A DNA stretch of 59,923 nucleotides, counting the filler, from Nemertoderma westbladi (taxonomy: Eukaryota > Animalia > Xenacoelomorpha), in NCBI GenBank assembly GCA_032718475.1. It is 2 parts of 2 records of this genome, joined end to end, with 100 filler letters (N's around TTAATTAATTAA, not from the genome) between each part and the next. Parts side by side here need not be neighbours in the genome. Positions count along the whole stretch, not along the records: positions 1 to 31,025 come from JAUCBJ010000611.1; 1 more part is not named here. One strand, written 5' to 3'. Shown here in pieces: positions 1 through 12,003 of the stretch. The translations under genes and the position numbers were made by a program. Numbering within the stretch: position 1 is the stretch's first letter; the number at the start of each line of letters is the position of its first letter. The notes beneath the pieces were generated by a model. It saw nothing but the letters and a program-made list of their open reading frames with translations. It was not told the DNA's origin and did not search any database.

Positions 1-239
1 AAACGCTGATAGTCTGACAGATAGATGTCAATGGCATCCCTCTTATGCGGTTTCTCTGCTGTCGCTTCACTCTCCGTTGTATCTAGTAGACTGTCTGACA
101 GGTTCTGCTTTGCGTCAGACATGCTTATGTGTACAGTTGAATGTCTACTGCTGTATTACAGTCTGAGCAAGTCTAGTAACTCAGTATTAACTGCTAGCCT
201 AGTAATTAATTACCGGTACTGCTACTCAGTGTAGCGCGA

Positions 240-520
240 TATATATAATATATTAGAATACCGGTATGCTTATAGTATATATAACTATATAAGTATTATT
301 ACAGACTAGGTTTATCACAGAATACCGGTATAATTTTAGCACAAATATATATAAATATATAATAGGCCTATCGGGAATACCGGTATACAGCTTACAGTTT
401 GTAGTATATATAATTCTGAAATAGAATTAATTACAAGTACCGGTATAATTTCAGCCTAGATTTATAGAAATAAGATAATAGGCCTATCGTAAATACCGGT
501 ATATCAATTATTTTAAATAA
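240..520. repeat. Degenerate ~115-bp tandem repeat rich in AATACCGGTA/TAGGCCTA
   Basis: Blocks TACCGGTATAATTT..AATAGGCCTATCG..AATACCGGTATA recur about 114-116 bp apart (~324 vs ~438; ~378 vs ~494). Confidence 0.5.
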
Positions 521-758
521 TTGAATTTCTGAATTTAGGGTTACTTGGTTACTTTACTTACTTTATTACCGTTATTTGAGCAGTAATCCAACTGATATTG
601 AGACCTAATGGTTGTATGGTAGGCCTACTATTTATAAATCGTTAGATTTGATTTATAATATATATATACCCGTTTTAATGGGTTTTGTCTATGTTTGAAA
701 TAAATGTTATTATTTCTGGGGAGTAATCACTACACAAAGCGGTGCGCTTTCAGTGAAG

Positions 759-3593
759 TGTTACGTATAGGACACTAAAACAAATAATTCTAATTTACCT
801 AAGTTACTTAATACTACAAATTACGTACAATTCGGGTTGAGATTACAATCTCTAAATAAACACAAAATTTTACAAAAACACAAATACGAATTTTTAGGGT
901 AATTTTACAAGAAGTCTACAAACCAGCCTAACAAAGGGTTAGAAAACTGATTATTACAGCGGACAGGGTACTACGGTATTTGAAATAATAAGTAGTAGTA
1001 AATACACTGCGTTGTCTAGATAGGAAAATACCACCGCCTGACGACCTATAGCCGTATCGCTATAGGTTCTACGTTATGTATCACGGAGTGTTCCTACCTA
1101 GAAGTTAATAGAGCTAATCGAATGTGCCTATCAACCACTTTACAACACAAATATAATGTCTACAATAATTACTTCGGAAAGTACTGTACACTAAACCCTA
1201 AATTAGGTACGAGTACTTGTACAACAGATAATCAGTAGTTAAATATACTTGAACAGCTAAAAGAACCACGGCATCTGCTGGAGTGACCGATGCACAAAAT
1301 CACCAGTCTTTACCTACGCCGAGCAGCCCGTGTAGTACCGGGGTTAATTTAACTATAGCGGTATGTATAACAAACACAATTACTGTAGGAACAAACTTGG
1401 GGAATGAATGTTGCGGATAATCGCATAAACTCTGAATAATAAATATTACGCTACGCGTACAAACTACTCAAACAAAATACAGACCGAACACTGACAGACT
1501 ACTATCAAGCCTAAACAAACTACGGTATATGCAGACTCCGAAATGATTAGGGAGTATGCGCTCTAACCCAGTAGTGCGACTTATTCTTTAGTTGGGGGAT
1601 TACCTTACAGCGTTCGCTGCCCCTACTGCCTAATCGTACTTAATCGGACAGATGATCTACACACGCGGCAATCCGTTCAGACCTAATAACAGCCAGACAA
1701 CTATCCAGCCTACAAATTATCTAAATAAAATTATACGCTACCCGTACAGACTTACACAAACAAAGTACAGACTAAACGATGGCAGACTACTCTCAAGCCT
1801 AAATAAACCACAGGACATGCAGACTCCGAAATGATTAGGGAGTATGCGCTCTAACCCAGTAGTGCGACTTATTCTTTAGTTGGGGGATTACCTTACAGCG
1901 TTCGCTGCCCCTACTGCCTAATCGTACTTAATCGGACAGGTGATCTACACACACTGCAATTCGTTCGGACTTAACAGCAATCAGACAACAGCTCAGCCTA
2001 CAAATCGTCTGTACTATCTGATCAGGCTTACACGCCTTCTGTTCAATACTGGCCTACAAATAAATAAAACTTGACAGAAATAAGTAAACCATATAAAGGT
2101 ATAAGGGGTGATCAATCCCTAATCCCCTAAACAGCCTACCGGTATACAACAATCAAATCGAATAATACTAGTGTACTTATACGGCAGTACCGGTTCTAGC
2201 TGTTGGGCCTACTGACCTACAGGTGTACCGTTCAGGTTTACCGGTTGACCGGTACTTTCAACTTTATTGCTTACTGCAACAAAGAAGCTATATCCTTTAA
2301 TGTTCGCGCTTTCAGACCTTTGGCAGTTTAACCCACCAAATTAAGATGTCTTCTAGATATTAAATCTGTTTTTAGTCTATGACAAGTATTTGATTCACTA
2401 CACTAGTCGAAACCAATCCGTGCGCGACCATTCACCCGCTGGAGATTCCCGGGAGATTGGGTTCGACGGTTTAATTTTGTTGCTATGTAAGCCTAATGTA
2501 TTATTCGACTGACAGTACTATATAATCTCTGACAATAGTATTCACCTTCGGTAATATTAACAGTTCCTTTAGGACGTGGCGCTTTATCTACATAAACAGA
2601 GTTATGACTTAAACTACTCACAACGATATGGCTTAATTATAATTCACATATATGGCGCATTCTTTAGGAATGCTTCTTTAACAGACTCACTCATACACAA
2701 TGCTGCACAATACTGCACACTAATCTGCCGATCTTCACTGATTTTAGTCACATATAAAAGGAACACAGACTGGCTCATGTAGGGTCTATCAAATAACATT
2801 AGATTCACTTCAAACCACTTTAACATAAGTCACAATCGTTTATCTGTAACCCTTCTCTCTTACCTTCGGTATATCAAGAATATTGGGTTTCGGGGTTGTT
2901 TATCGTTATTCCAAATATAATAATTCATCAACCATATTATGAAGAACTGACAGTAAATAGCAGTATAAAACAACAACTGAACACTGATTGTTATGAGTTT
3001 GCAATGTTTCAGCAGTCAGGATGTATGATCAGTTAGCAGTAGTCTTTAGGTATGTTAATTGCAGTTAAAGGATATATGCCCTTTATAATTAAACCTACTA
3101 GTGTACGACTAAAAAACAGTAAAGCACAAAATACTTCCAAGCCGTTCTTTCTTTGGCTCAAGACTGAATGTAAACACTGCACATAGGCATTGCGTCATTT
3201 CTCGGAAATTTTCTGTACAAGGAGCCACAAAAACGCTCTCATTGGCTGACTGAACTGAGAGACGCCGTAGAACAAAGGAAATCAACACGTATGAATGTCA
3301 GCTGTTAACCGTAGTCATAGTAACTACTGTTCAAGAGTAGCTATCACCCTTTTGCGTCACGAATTGCCATAGAATCATAAAATATGCCTTTCACAGTACA
3401 CATACGGAGGAAATAGGTCTTAGATCCTCTAAAAACACCGATACAGCAATAATACGGTCTCTTACACTTATTAAATCAACTACAGAGTATTTTAATGTAA
3501 AAGATAATAAAAATAACGGGGCAATTCAGCAAAGGCTTTTACAAATATAGCGGAATAATACAGGGAAGATAGAACCCCTACTTCACCGTGACA
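759..3593 (-). mobile_element. Possible long solo-LTR-like segment (weak call)
   Basis: Ends TGTTACG (759) and CGTGACA (3593) form an imperfect TG..CA inverted terminus; non-coding, with CCAAT/CRE-like motifs near 3190-3360 and an internal tandem duplication. No TSD, PBS or PPT found. Confidence 0.2.
1435..2010 (+). repeat. Two tandem 288-bp units with an identical 123-bp structured core
   Basis: 1529-1651 is identical to 1817-1939 (offset 288); the flanks of each unit align but are visibly diverged. Confidence 0.9.
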
Positions 3594-3895
3594 CAAAAAA
3601 ACTCTTGACTAAAAGCGATTTGCGAAGAATTGAATAACACTATTATTGATGAGATAAAAAAAAACGTTCTAAAAAAAGAAAACTTATTGACAGTTGTTCA
3701 CTAATTATACCCAAATAAGGCTCGTTACTCACCTCGTGGCTCGCCCCACTGTGTGAATCATACTGTATGGTGGACGGACCTAGTGTACAGACAAAATATA
3801 ACTAACTACTGTATCTCTACCATGGGATTCCAACCATAAACCAACATACAGTAGCATTGATTGTTACACTACCGGTACTGTATAACTTAACGTAC

Positions 3896-4132
3896 CAAGT
3901 TTTCCCATAGGATTGAATACTTTGAGGTATTCGATTTCTAGATGTTTGATAAGTTGGGTTGTTATAGATCGGAGTTCTTCCGCCTCATTGATTAAAGGTT
4001 TTGGCGCCCAAAAGCGAAGCAGTCTATTTCCAGATGATGAATTAATCATATCGTAATCCACCAAATAGAAAGCCAAAGTGTAGGTCGATAACTTCATTGT
4101 TTCTACAAACTGGGTTTTGACGTAGCCGTTTC
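3896..4132 (-). CDS. M1 aminopeptidase (APN-like), exon 3
   Basis: Encodes GNGYVKTQFVETMKLSTYTLAFYLVDYD...RFWAPK...YLKVFNPMGKL, matching the M1 'F..TpkMSTYLlAF...YPLPKLD' segment. Acceptor TTTAG (4134-4133), donor GTACGT (3895). Phase 1/1 is compatible with exon 2. Confidence 0.85.
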
Positions 4133-4231
4133 CTAAACAATGTATATACAGGTTATTTAAATTACTAAAAGTCGCATTACCAATTAAAGTCACATCAAAT
4201 TGGATGAAAATTTCACCAACAAATTAAATAA

Positions 4232-4985
4232 CGCTAAAATGACTGACAGACATGTACTTTAGTGTAATATATCACTCGAAAGAGAATTCAATTATGAGCT
4301 TGCATGCAAAAATTTAGGGTCCAAAACAAAAGTATAAAAATTTTATAGGCAATTCTTTAAACCTATCTTACTTTTCAATATTTGTGATTTAATCGCAATT
4401 TAAAAAATATATATAATTTATCCAGCGTTAGGCATCAGATTTGCAGGTTGCAGCCCTGTTTAAACAGTTATTACTGCCTGACTTTTGCTGTATTGCAATA
4501 TATTGCAGTATTCAGTTACCGGTATTAGTGCTTCTTTGGTAATTTTACTGAATTAGGCCTAACAGAAGTAATTAAAATGACAAGTTCCAGTGCACAATCT
4601 TCGATGACTCTGAAGAAAAACGTAAGGTTGGCAGAATCAGAGATGTTACTTTTAGAGAGGGACGTGATTCTGTGGCATAATCAATCTGAACTCAAACCAA
4701 AACGGCCCTTTTAAGGGCCAACATCCTTTGCCCCTATCGAGGAGCTCCCCTTGCTGCAAAAGGGAATCATGGCTGTAAAGCTGATTACTAACGCTGGATA
4801 AATTATATATTTTTTAATTGTGATTAAATCAAAAATAATGAAAAATAAGATTGGTTTAAAGAATACTGTAGCCTATACAATTTTTATACTTTTGTATTGG
4901 ACCCTAAAGTTTTGCATGCAAGCTCAGAATTAAATTATATTTCGAATGATATATTACACTAAGGTTCATGCCTGGCAGTTTTGGC
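4232..4985. mobile_element. Element with ~200-bp imperfect inverted arms (MITE/foldback-like)
   Basis: 4232-4441 is the reverse complement of ~4778-4985 (e.g. GAGCTTGCATGCAAAA..TTTAGGGTCCAA vs TTGGACCCTAAAGTTTTGCATGCAAGCTC). Confidence 0.7.
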
Positions 4986-5246
4986 TGGCCGGGGGGGGGG
5001 GGGGGGGGGGGGGCAATCATTATGGAACACCCGGTACATATTTTTACTTACATTACAATGTAAATTTTACTTATTTTACTTATTTTTACTTACTGTAGTG
5101 CCCCAGAAATTAACTATGTACATATTTCCCCAAAATACAGTATAACCATGGAGTGTCTGGAATCTGTATTATATATTTATAAATATGTCTATATTTATTT
5201 GTTTGTTTGTTAGTTAGTTGGTCAGGCCCAAACCCTAATTAAAACT

Positions 5247-5410
5247 GTCATGTAACCCTAATCCTAAGTCATAAGGCTATAATCTAAGAAATTTTGTGGA
5301 ATTTTGAACATTACCATTGGACATTACCATCTGGCCAATGGCAAGGGTCCAAACATTCCACAAAATTTCTTAGATTAGCGCCTTATGACTTGGAGTTAGT
5401 ATTACATGAC
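5247..5410. repeat. Imperfect palindrome (~75-bp arms, short loop)
   Basis: GTCATGTAA..AAGTCATAAGG..TAATCTAAGAAATTTTGTGGAA pairs with TTCCACAAAATTTCTTAGATTA..CCTTATGACTT..TTACATGAC. Confidence 0.8.
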
Positions 5411-5503
5411 TAAATAAATTTCCTTTCTAAATTTTATTACCTTAGTTTTCTGTAAATTTACTTGCATTGCATTATCTTGACACCAACTGTAGATTGAGTC
5501 CAG

Positions 5504-6777
5504 GGGCGGTATTCATAGAGTTAGTATTAGTTACAGCTACAGTACTTAGTGACAGCTTTTAGTAAGAGCTGCAACTATGTTTAGTAAGAGCTATCTGTTA
5601 CTAAAAACAACTGATTTTAGTAAGAGCATTGACTTAACTTAGTTTCAACTAGCCCTTAAAAAATATCAGTATTCATAAACTGTTACTAAACTTAGTTCTA
5701 GCCTATTAGTGTAGTTTAGCAGTGCCTGTACTTTAACTTATGTTTATCAAAAAGCGTTCAGTATCAACTTAAGGACGGTAGCTACTGTATGCCCTGCATG
5801 TCTCTATGTTTAATGTTTTATTTGTATTGATAGCCTACATTATTAAACCCATTAATTTTATTGGTGATTAAAAAAGTTTTCCAGTAATTTTTTTTCGTTA
5901 TCAAATATATAATTCCTCCACTCAATTTAATTACCACTAAAATATATTTTTCAACTTTTGAATCATCAAAAATAAATCTGTTACGACCTGTTGTAATAAA
6001 ATCTCTTTATTATTTAGGTTAGACTAACGTAGCACTGTAACCTGCCCTTTCCCACATTTTAGCAATAATTTATAATTAATAGATTTTAGTGGAAACTGAA
6101 TATTTTAGTGATTTCTGTTAAAATTTTAGTGAAAAATATTATTTTTAGTAAGGCGATAAATCAATTGGCTACCATTATCGAATACCATTATTTACATTCG
6201 GTAATATAGAGAGGAAAAGAATGAAGTGGGAACGCTACCGCGTTTTCATCTTGCGAAAGTTCGCGAATTGTAGAATTCTTTAGCGAAACACATTTTTCAA
6301 CGGACGCGGACCGTTCGGGAGCAAGCTCACCATTCAAGAATGTAAGCCTAAATTTGGAAATTTAAGTCGGATATATGTTTAAAAAACAAAAAGCTTTATG
6401 TCGTTACATTTGACAGTTTCTCTGCAACAACACATTTGCAATGAACACAAAATGCTAGAAAAACAAGAGAGAGTATAATGTGGCCGGAGTCGTCAGTAAC
6501 ATAATAACCATAGGCCTACTGTATGTATGAAGGCCAACATAGAACAAGTAAGCGTTCTTACCAACTTAGTCACATCTGCATGTGACTAGAAATTTAAGTT
6601 ACAGCTAATACTAACTTAAGTAAGACTAAATTCGATGAATACGAGTTTAGCAACAACTAGTACTAAATACGTTAGTAATAAGTATCAACAGCTTCTCTGA
6701 ACAAAAATTAGTACAAGCACTTACTAACTTGATGTGACTAGGACTACGTTCCTTAGTCACATTTATGAATACCGCCC
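5504..6777. mobile_element. Non-autonomous PIF/Harbinger-like DNA transposon
   Basis: 14-bp perfect TIR GGGCGGTATTCATA / TATGAATACCGCCC, flanked by CAG on both sides (5501-5503, 6778-6780), the CWG-type 3-bp TSD of Harbingers. Subterminal TTAGTAAGAG repeats; no transposase ORF. Confidence 0.8.
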
Positions 6778-7420
6778 CAGACCATTTTGTATATTATATT
6801 GTATGGTACCGGTTCTGATATATTTTTGTTTCATTATTATTCACACCGGTCTGTCAGTCAGTTAGCAGTTAGTATTCAGTCAGTACTGCTGTAGGCCTAC
6901 TGCTGATGTGCTGTCCTGTACACTGTACTGCAAACTGCCAGATTGATATTGCTACAGTCCTGCAGTATCCTACCGCAGTACCGTATTGCAGCACTGTGCA
7001 CTGCAGGCAAGCTACTACCAGACTACTGTACTAGGCGAGGACTGCGCTGCACTGTCTGCTGTCAGACTGTTGCAGTAAAAGCAGAAACGGTCATAGGTCC
7101 TACCTACGCGTACTCCTGCTACTGCTTCATGTCTGCATGTCCTACAGTCCTAGGTACCGGTACCTACCAGCCTACCGTACTGCCGTAGCACGTAGGGCCG
7201 TCCCGTCCCCAGGACCGTCAGACAGTAGGATTTATTCAATGAAATATCTGGATAGGCTATTGCATGAAATTTTATTTGTTTAACATTTTAAGTAAATAGT
7301 GTACATAAATCTGTAAATTATAAATAATGCTGTAATGTAAGCCCAGAAGCCATTTTAGACAATTCAGCAATTGTCTGATTGTATTGTGTTGTACAATAGA
7401 CCCTATAACTGTAAGCCTAT

Positions 7421-7485
7421 AGGGTAAGACGGGGTAAAATGGGACATGGGGTAAAATGGGACATGTCGGGGTAAAATGGGACATG
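7421..7485. repeat. Tandem GGGGTAAAATGGGACAT units (probable DNA-transposon terminus)
   Basis: Three full copies and one partial; no partner end found in the window. Confidence 0.5.
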
Positions 7486-7827
7486 CATATTTTTGGCCAA
7501 TTTTTTTTTTAAGAACACTTTTAGGTCTGTTTTAATATATTTTTAATTGAGAAACTAAATGTTACATTGTTATATAGCACATATGATGAGATCAAGATCA
7601 CGCGATGAAAGCAATTTGTTAAGCGCGTATACACTTTAAAGTTAGGACACTTCCTATCATTCATTTTCTTTGATATTATATGCATTAGAATTGCAATCAT
7701 CGATTTAGTGGGTGTAGAACAAGTCCAAATGTCCAAATTCCTGAATGTTTTTGAGTTACACAGATTTGTAGTTTTACCTTGATAGATGTAGATAGGCAGA
7801 TAGGCATAACTCCGTAAATAAGGCCTA

Positions 7828-8285
7828 GTGGATAAAAGTTCTGGAATTGATGGAATCAGTCCTGGCTTCCTGCGTGACTGCAGCTCCGTAATCGCTGAGT
7901 CGGTGACCCATCTAGTAAACCTATCAATCTCATCATCAACTTTTCCCACTACGTATAAGACTGCCAAAGTAAAGCCACTATTCAAACGCGATTGCAGATT
8001 GCAAAAGGGTAATTTCAGACCTGTGGCGCTCTTAGTCATTTTATCGAAAGTATTGGAACGAGTCGTGTTCATTCAGTTTGTCGAATTCTTGATTTTTCAC
8101 AATATCCTCGACCAACTGCAATCAGGATTCCGCAAAAACTATTCTGTAGAGACATGCCTACTATTCATGAACAATTACATTAGAGAAACAGTCGACATGG
8201 GTTGGTGACGGGAGTTCTACTTATTGACTTACAAAAGGCCTTTGATACGGTCGATCATACAATCTTATACGCCAACTAGGAGGCA
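7828..8285 (+). pseudogene. LINE (CR1/L2-group) reverse transcriptase fragment
   Basis: KSSGIDGI..VKPLFK..NFRPVALL..SKVLER..QSGFRK; after a frameshift at ~8208 it continues GVLLIDLQKAFDTVDH. Confidence 0.85.
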
Positions 8286-9269
8286 TATGATGTATGGCAG
8301 TATGGGATGGATAAAAATACTCTGGTTGAGTGAGGCACCACATAGGGAAGAGGCCTCTGCCTGCTGCTTGGGCTCTTGAGTTAATGGGTTGAATTACATA
8401 GGCCTAAGCTGGATAGCACGACAGGAGGCCGGCTTGCGGTGTGTCTCATAAAATACATGTCAATCACGCAGTTCCTTTGTGGGCTTTACTAATCAGCTAA
8501 TTGTACTGTTGTATGTTGTTAACTAAACCACACTGGCTCGGTCTGTTTGTAGAGAAAGTTTTAATTCTGGGGATATTGTTGGGGGAAATTGGTGCTCTGT
8601 TGTCTGTTTGATGTCAATTGGTGCCTTACACTGTTACAAGAAATATCAGTTTAAAAATATAATGTTTAATTAAGAATTATTAGTACATATGGGACCTCAC
8701 GCCACCCCTCCTCCAATAAATATGGCCCTGTCTATAATTACAGAGGTTTCGTCTGGCCTGGCCCCTTTGGCCGGTATACCCACACCCGGATGTATTGCGA
8801 ATAATTGTGTTGACGATGTAATACTAACAGAGAATTAAACATTTAGTAAAACATTAAGGTTAAACATTAGAAACATTAGCGAAATTTACGCGACATTTTT
8901 TAAAAATACGTCTGCAATACTTAGATACATCGACAACCACGAAGCACATATTCATAGTGACGTCAACCTGGACGGCCTATCTGGTTTCCGACGACGCGCT
9001 GCGGGCCAGCTAATTTCTAATGGCTGTCACAACAGGCTTTGTCAGGATGAGACATGTTGGCGCCCATCTGACTTATGTAAATGTTGGTTATGCAACCAGC
9101 CTGCAACATCAGTGCAACATTATCAGTCATGCCGCAATATACCGCAATTCCAGTCCTCTCTACGGGTGGCCCTCTTCTTAATGACGCTCAACAGAGTAAG
9201 AGATGTAACTAAATAACAATTTTAGATTTTACATATTATTTATTTATTTATTTCTAATTTTTATATTTC

Positions 9270-9535
9270 ATCAGTCAGTTGTTCCGTATATTTTATCAGT
9301 CAGTTGTTCTGTATATTTTATCAGTCAGTTACTCCGTATATTTTATCAGTTGTAAGTAATTAATAAGTCGGTTGAACAGTATATTTTATCAGTTAGTTGT
9401 TCCGTATATTTTATCAGTCAGTTGCTCCGTATATTTTATCATCAGTTGTTCCGTATATTTTACCAGTCAGTTGTTCCGTATATTTTACCAGTCAGTTTCA
9501 TTTGTTCCGCATATTTTATCAGTCAGAGTTATTCC
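9270..9535. repeat. 25-bp minisatellite (ATCAGTCAGTTGTTCCGTATATTTT)
   Basis: About 9 imperfect copies, period 25 (9271, 9296, 9321...). Confidence 0.9.
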
Positions 9536-10599
9536 ACATATTGCAACATCGACATCGAATATTCCTTATATGTTGTGCTATATTTGAAAATATTCATATG
9601 TATGAATAAATACGTCTTCAATTTCAAAAGTAAAGTTATAAAATTGGTTGGTTATATTATACGGTTATTATTTTAAAGTCAAATAACGTTAATATGTTAT
9701 GATGAGTCATACATATACTTAATAAATGTAATAAAAAATTAATAAAAGTTCAGTTTAATAATTTAGCATATAATTTTTTTATTCTGAAATTTAAAAATAA
9801 ATTGAGTCACTGAATCTGCAAGTTAATTCTGCTGTCTACCGGAGTTAATTACACACAAACAAGTCAAATATAGAGTACCCATAGGCAGAGTATAACAGAA
9901 GCGAGTGGGCCATTAAACACAGACAGCTTGTTGTATGAATGCTGCACAGTCTGACAGTGGGCGGTTACGCGAGTTTGAGTTGGGTTTGAGTAAACCAGGC
10001 AGGTTTGAGTTAGTAAGAGTGAGGTAAGAGAAAAGGTACCCAGTTTGAGAAATGGTATGTAGAATGAGATGGGACTGTATTGCCTGGTTTATCTTCTCCC
10101 TACTCCCTCCATAACATAACTGTCTAAAGTGCAAGTTGTTTTACTTTAATCACCAGTGCTGTTTAAACTGTATAAATTTTAATAATGTGCAGTTATATGG
10201 TGAGTGAGTACGGTGGTCCAAAATAAACGTTTTTTCTAATTTCAACTCAGTTCGCACATCAGATGTCATCAAATGGGCCCAAACTTTGATAGATACGAAA
10301 ATTTTGATTTAGGGATGACAGGAAATATTCCCACAGGCACATGACCTGGCCAGTTCCCGCTGTTGGTGCAAGTGAGCCATATTCCGCGTTTTTGTGATAA
10401 TCAACTTCTAGTATTCCTAGTTCCTACTGCATTGATATTATGCTCATTAGAACCGCAATGACCGATTTCTGGATTTAGTTGGTGTTGGTGTAGACACCTT
10501 CAAAACAAGCATAGAGCTGTAGAGTGAATAGTTTTTGAGATATTGCGTGATAATGTGAAGTCCGGCACAAGTCAACATTAGCACCTTGATGCGATATTC

Positions 10600-11730
10600 A
10601 CAAATACTACTACTAGGATCGGCATGCTGCATTGCAGCTGCATTTTTAAGAATAGCTGTGCCGGCTTATCGACAAAATTGCACCGCCACAACTCCCTATC
10701 ACCCATGAGATTTGCTAGATCATCCACATCTTCAAGGCCAGTGTCCTTTAAGATGCGTCTCAAGAAAGTCATGGGCTGTCCACCATGCTTATTCACTCCA
10801 TGAGGCTGCCAAAGTACAAGATTATGCACTGGCTGGTCCTCACGGCGAAAGCATTGTCCTGCAAAGCGGAGGCGATTTTGTTCTAGTGTCAAGAAGTTCC
10901 TAGTTCTAGTACCAATGAGACACCTCCAATGTTATATAGTGTCTGGTTGGAGATGTGTGCATTGAACTTGACACAATGAACCCGGCGTAGCATTCTTGTG
11001 AATGTGCCGTCCAGAGATTTGGTGTCCTCAGCAGTTAGAGCCCAGCATGGACTCCCATAGAGGTGTACTGGAACTACTGCTGCTCTAAATAACCGGACCT
11101 TAAGTTTCCGATTAATTATCGGCGACTTCCAAATCCTGGAAAGCCTATTCAAGGCTGCCCATGCCTTTCCCTTACGTATTCGAAGGTCCTCACCTGACTT
11201 CCGGATCCATGATCCCAGGTAACAGAAGTCATCCACATGCTCAATCATACCATCTTTTGAGCTTATGCTCATCCGATCAGAGACTTGCTGAGGACTTTCA
11301 AAGTTAACTGTCAAAATTTTGGTCTTTCTGGAGTTAATAAAAAGACAACACTAGAAGCAGCATGTTCTAATGAGCTGAGGAGCCGTTGGGCTCCCTCTAG
11401 TGATTCTGAGAGTACTCCTAAGTCATCAGCAAAGTCTAGATCAGTTAGGTACTTCGCAGGATTTCCTCGACTTCTGGAGCCAGTAGGTGGAGTTATCATC
11501 ACCCCATCATCATTATGTTGATCTAAGGACATGCGTAGAACATAGTTAACAACAGTTATGAACAAGATTGGTGCAAGTGTGTCTCCCTGGAGGACGCCCC
11601 ATAACACTTCAAATGGTTCTGTGTCACCGTCAACAGTAGACACAAATGTTGTCGAACCATCGTATACTGATCTGATTGCTGCAATAATTTCATCAGGAAT
11701 CCCATATAATGAAAGTATCCGAATAAATCA
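10600..11730 (-). pseudogene. RTE-clade LINE 3' fragment (RT and C-terminus)
   Basis: Frameshifted ORFs: GVLQGDTLAP, DLDFADD, FCYLGS, RIWKS..KVRLFRA, RLRFAGQCFRR. Confidence 0.85.
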
Positions 11731-12003
11731 CCAGGCCCTGACCAAATATCAGCCATGGTGGTTCATGAACTAGCAAGTGTTATCGCAGCCCCTTTCCAAA
11801 TAATCCTGCAGTACTCCAGTAGATCTCATACTGAAATATAATGCTTTGTTCAGTACAGTTTACATTATATAACATACATATTACATACACCGAAAAATGT
11901 CAGATTGTCTAATAATCGAATACCGGTAATCAGGTAATGCCTTCTTAGGCCTATTGACTTACGCTGCGGCCTTTTCCTTTCGCTTACTACTGTACTATTG
12001 CCT

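Noticed and set aside
2864-2946. CAG..AAG|GTAAGA segment on the minus strand as peptidase exon 4
   Set aside because: It has a stop in the required phase and no M1 motif.
3733-3779. AG..GTGAGT-bounded segment as peptidase exon 4
   Set aside because: The in-phase translation (GPSTIQYDSHSGASHE) has no similarity to the expected D..A.PDF..GAMENWGL; more likely a TE end.
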